64,000 nucleotides of DNA from Gemmatimonadaceae bacterium (GTDB taxonomy: Bacteria; Gemmatimonadota; Gemmatimonadetes; Gemmatimonadales; Gemmatimonadaceae), in assembly GCA_051859245.1 (NCBI GenBank), contig JBHYGA010000001.1, forward strand, positions 1,405,722 through 1,469,721, in the 5' to 3' direction. Of the stretch, positions 63,450-64,000 are shown piece after piece. The translations under genes were made by a program, and so were the position numbers. The notes below the pieces were generated by a model. That model saw only the letters and a program-made list of their open reading frames with translations, had not been told where the DNA came from and did no database searches. Every line of letters begins with the position of its first letter. The stretch's first letter is position 1.

Positions 63450-63483
63450 CTGCGTATCGGTGTGGCAACCGTCGCGCAACGTA

Positions 63484-63512
63484 TTGACGAACTCACCCTG
63501 ACCCGCGATTGT
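63484..63512 (+). promoter_or_regulatory. Possible sigma70-type promoter of the TonB-dependent receptor gene
   Basis: TTGACG-N17-GATTGT. Confidence 0.35.
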
Positions 63513-63644
63513 TGGGCCACTGACCTCTGTGTTGTTCTGGCGCCGCTGCCCGAGCTCATTGTTGAGGTGCCCTTCCCGCTTGCCCCGCCGAGGCCGCAAG
63601 CACCCCGCGTTCCCGTGGTGACAATCCCCCTTTTGAGGTGAGTG

Positions 63645-64000
63645 ATGTCCCTTTCCGTTGTTCGTCGATGCGCCTCGAGACTTGCCGCGCTTTTTGGCGT
63701 GCTCGCGCTCTCGGCCACGCCCGTCCTGGCGCAGAATGGCACCATCGCTGGTCGCGTGACCGACGCGGCCAAAGGCGGGCCGGTGGCCGCCGCGCAGGTG
63801 CAGGTGGCCGGCATCAACCTGGGTACGGTGTCCGCTGAAGACGGCACCTATCGTATCGTGAACGTGCCGGCCGGCACGTATACAGTGATTGTGCGTCGCA
63901 TCGGTTTCTCAGAGCGTCGCACCCCGAATGTTGTGGTCACGGCGAACGGCACCGCCACCGTGAACGCGGCGCTTGAGGAGGCTACCAGCACGCTCAATGC
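63645..64000 (+). CDS. TonB-dependent receptor (SusC-like), N-terminal part, runs off the window
   Basis: My translation: MSLSVVRR..LSATPVLAQ NGTIAGRVTD..QVQV.G...GT..DG.YRI.NVPAGTYTV.VRRIGF (signal peptide plus carboxypeptidase-regulatory-like domain); GAGGTG Shine-Dalgarno. Confidence 0.8.
   Translation, partial: MSLSVVRRCASRLAALFGVLALSATPVLAQNGTIAGRVTDAAKGGPVAAAQVQVAGINLGTVSAEDGTYRIVNVPAGTYTVIVRRIGFSERRTPNVVVTANGTATVNAALEEATSTLN

Noticed and set aside
63450..63644. Possible cobalamin/TPP riboswitch or sigma54 promoter before the TonB-dependent receptor
   Set aside because: No B12-box or TPP core recognised; a GG-N10-GC spacing exists but lacks the TTGC -12 element
63638..63838. 66-aa ORF listed by the track at the window end
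   Set aside because: Wrong frame; the frame from ATG 63645 gives a signal peptide and receptor N-domain and stays open to the window end

Overview
High-GC bacterial core-genome segment, most likely Gemmatimonadota (inferred from protein style and gene order, not from a database search). Almost every gene lies on the + strand, often with overlapping or abutting stop/start codons; only a PAS hybrid kinase and a SurA/PpiD-type chaperone lie on the - strand. Gene order: end of the alpha ribosomal operon (rpsK end, rpsD, rpoA, rplQ) plus rpmB; a nucleotide-sugar cluster (gmd, rmd, wbpD/B/E/A-like) split by an orphan carB; bamD-nadD-secA; hybrid kinase and thioredoxin-like gene; radC-rel-uvrB-tsaE-HD-GYP-tsaB-rimI-ssb; a LysM protein with KAAAD repeats; galE-tolQRAB-pal-cpoB-tatC-lptD; hutH-hutU-(radical SAM)-hutI; a 1254-aa acidic TPR protein with three tandem-repeat tracts; ispB-small membrane protein-tatA; ppiD/surA; a second acidic TPR protein-aroQ-pepQ-accB-pilT-accC-comB-ftsK; and the start of a TonB-dependent receptor. 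I saw no tRNA, rRNA, CRISPR array or mobile element. Best candidates for undescribed biology: (1) a SPASM/twitch-type radical SAM gene inside the histidine-utilisation operon; (2) a possible dispersed type IV pilus/polarity module (SgmX-like TPR, second TPR, PilT-like ATPase splitting accB-accC, TsaP-like LysM protein); (3) a highly structured 200-nt rpsD-rpoA spacer with mutually exclusive pairings next to the rpoA start. All functional calls come from motif recognition by eye.
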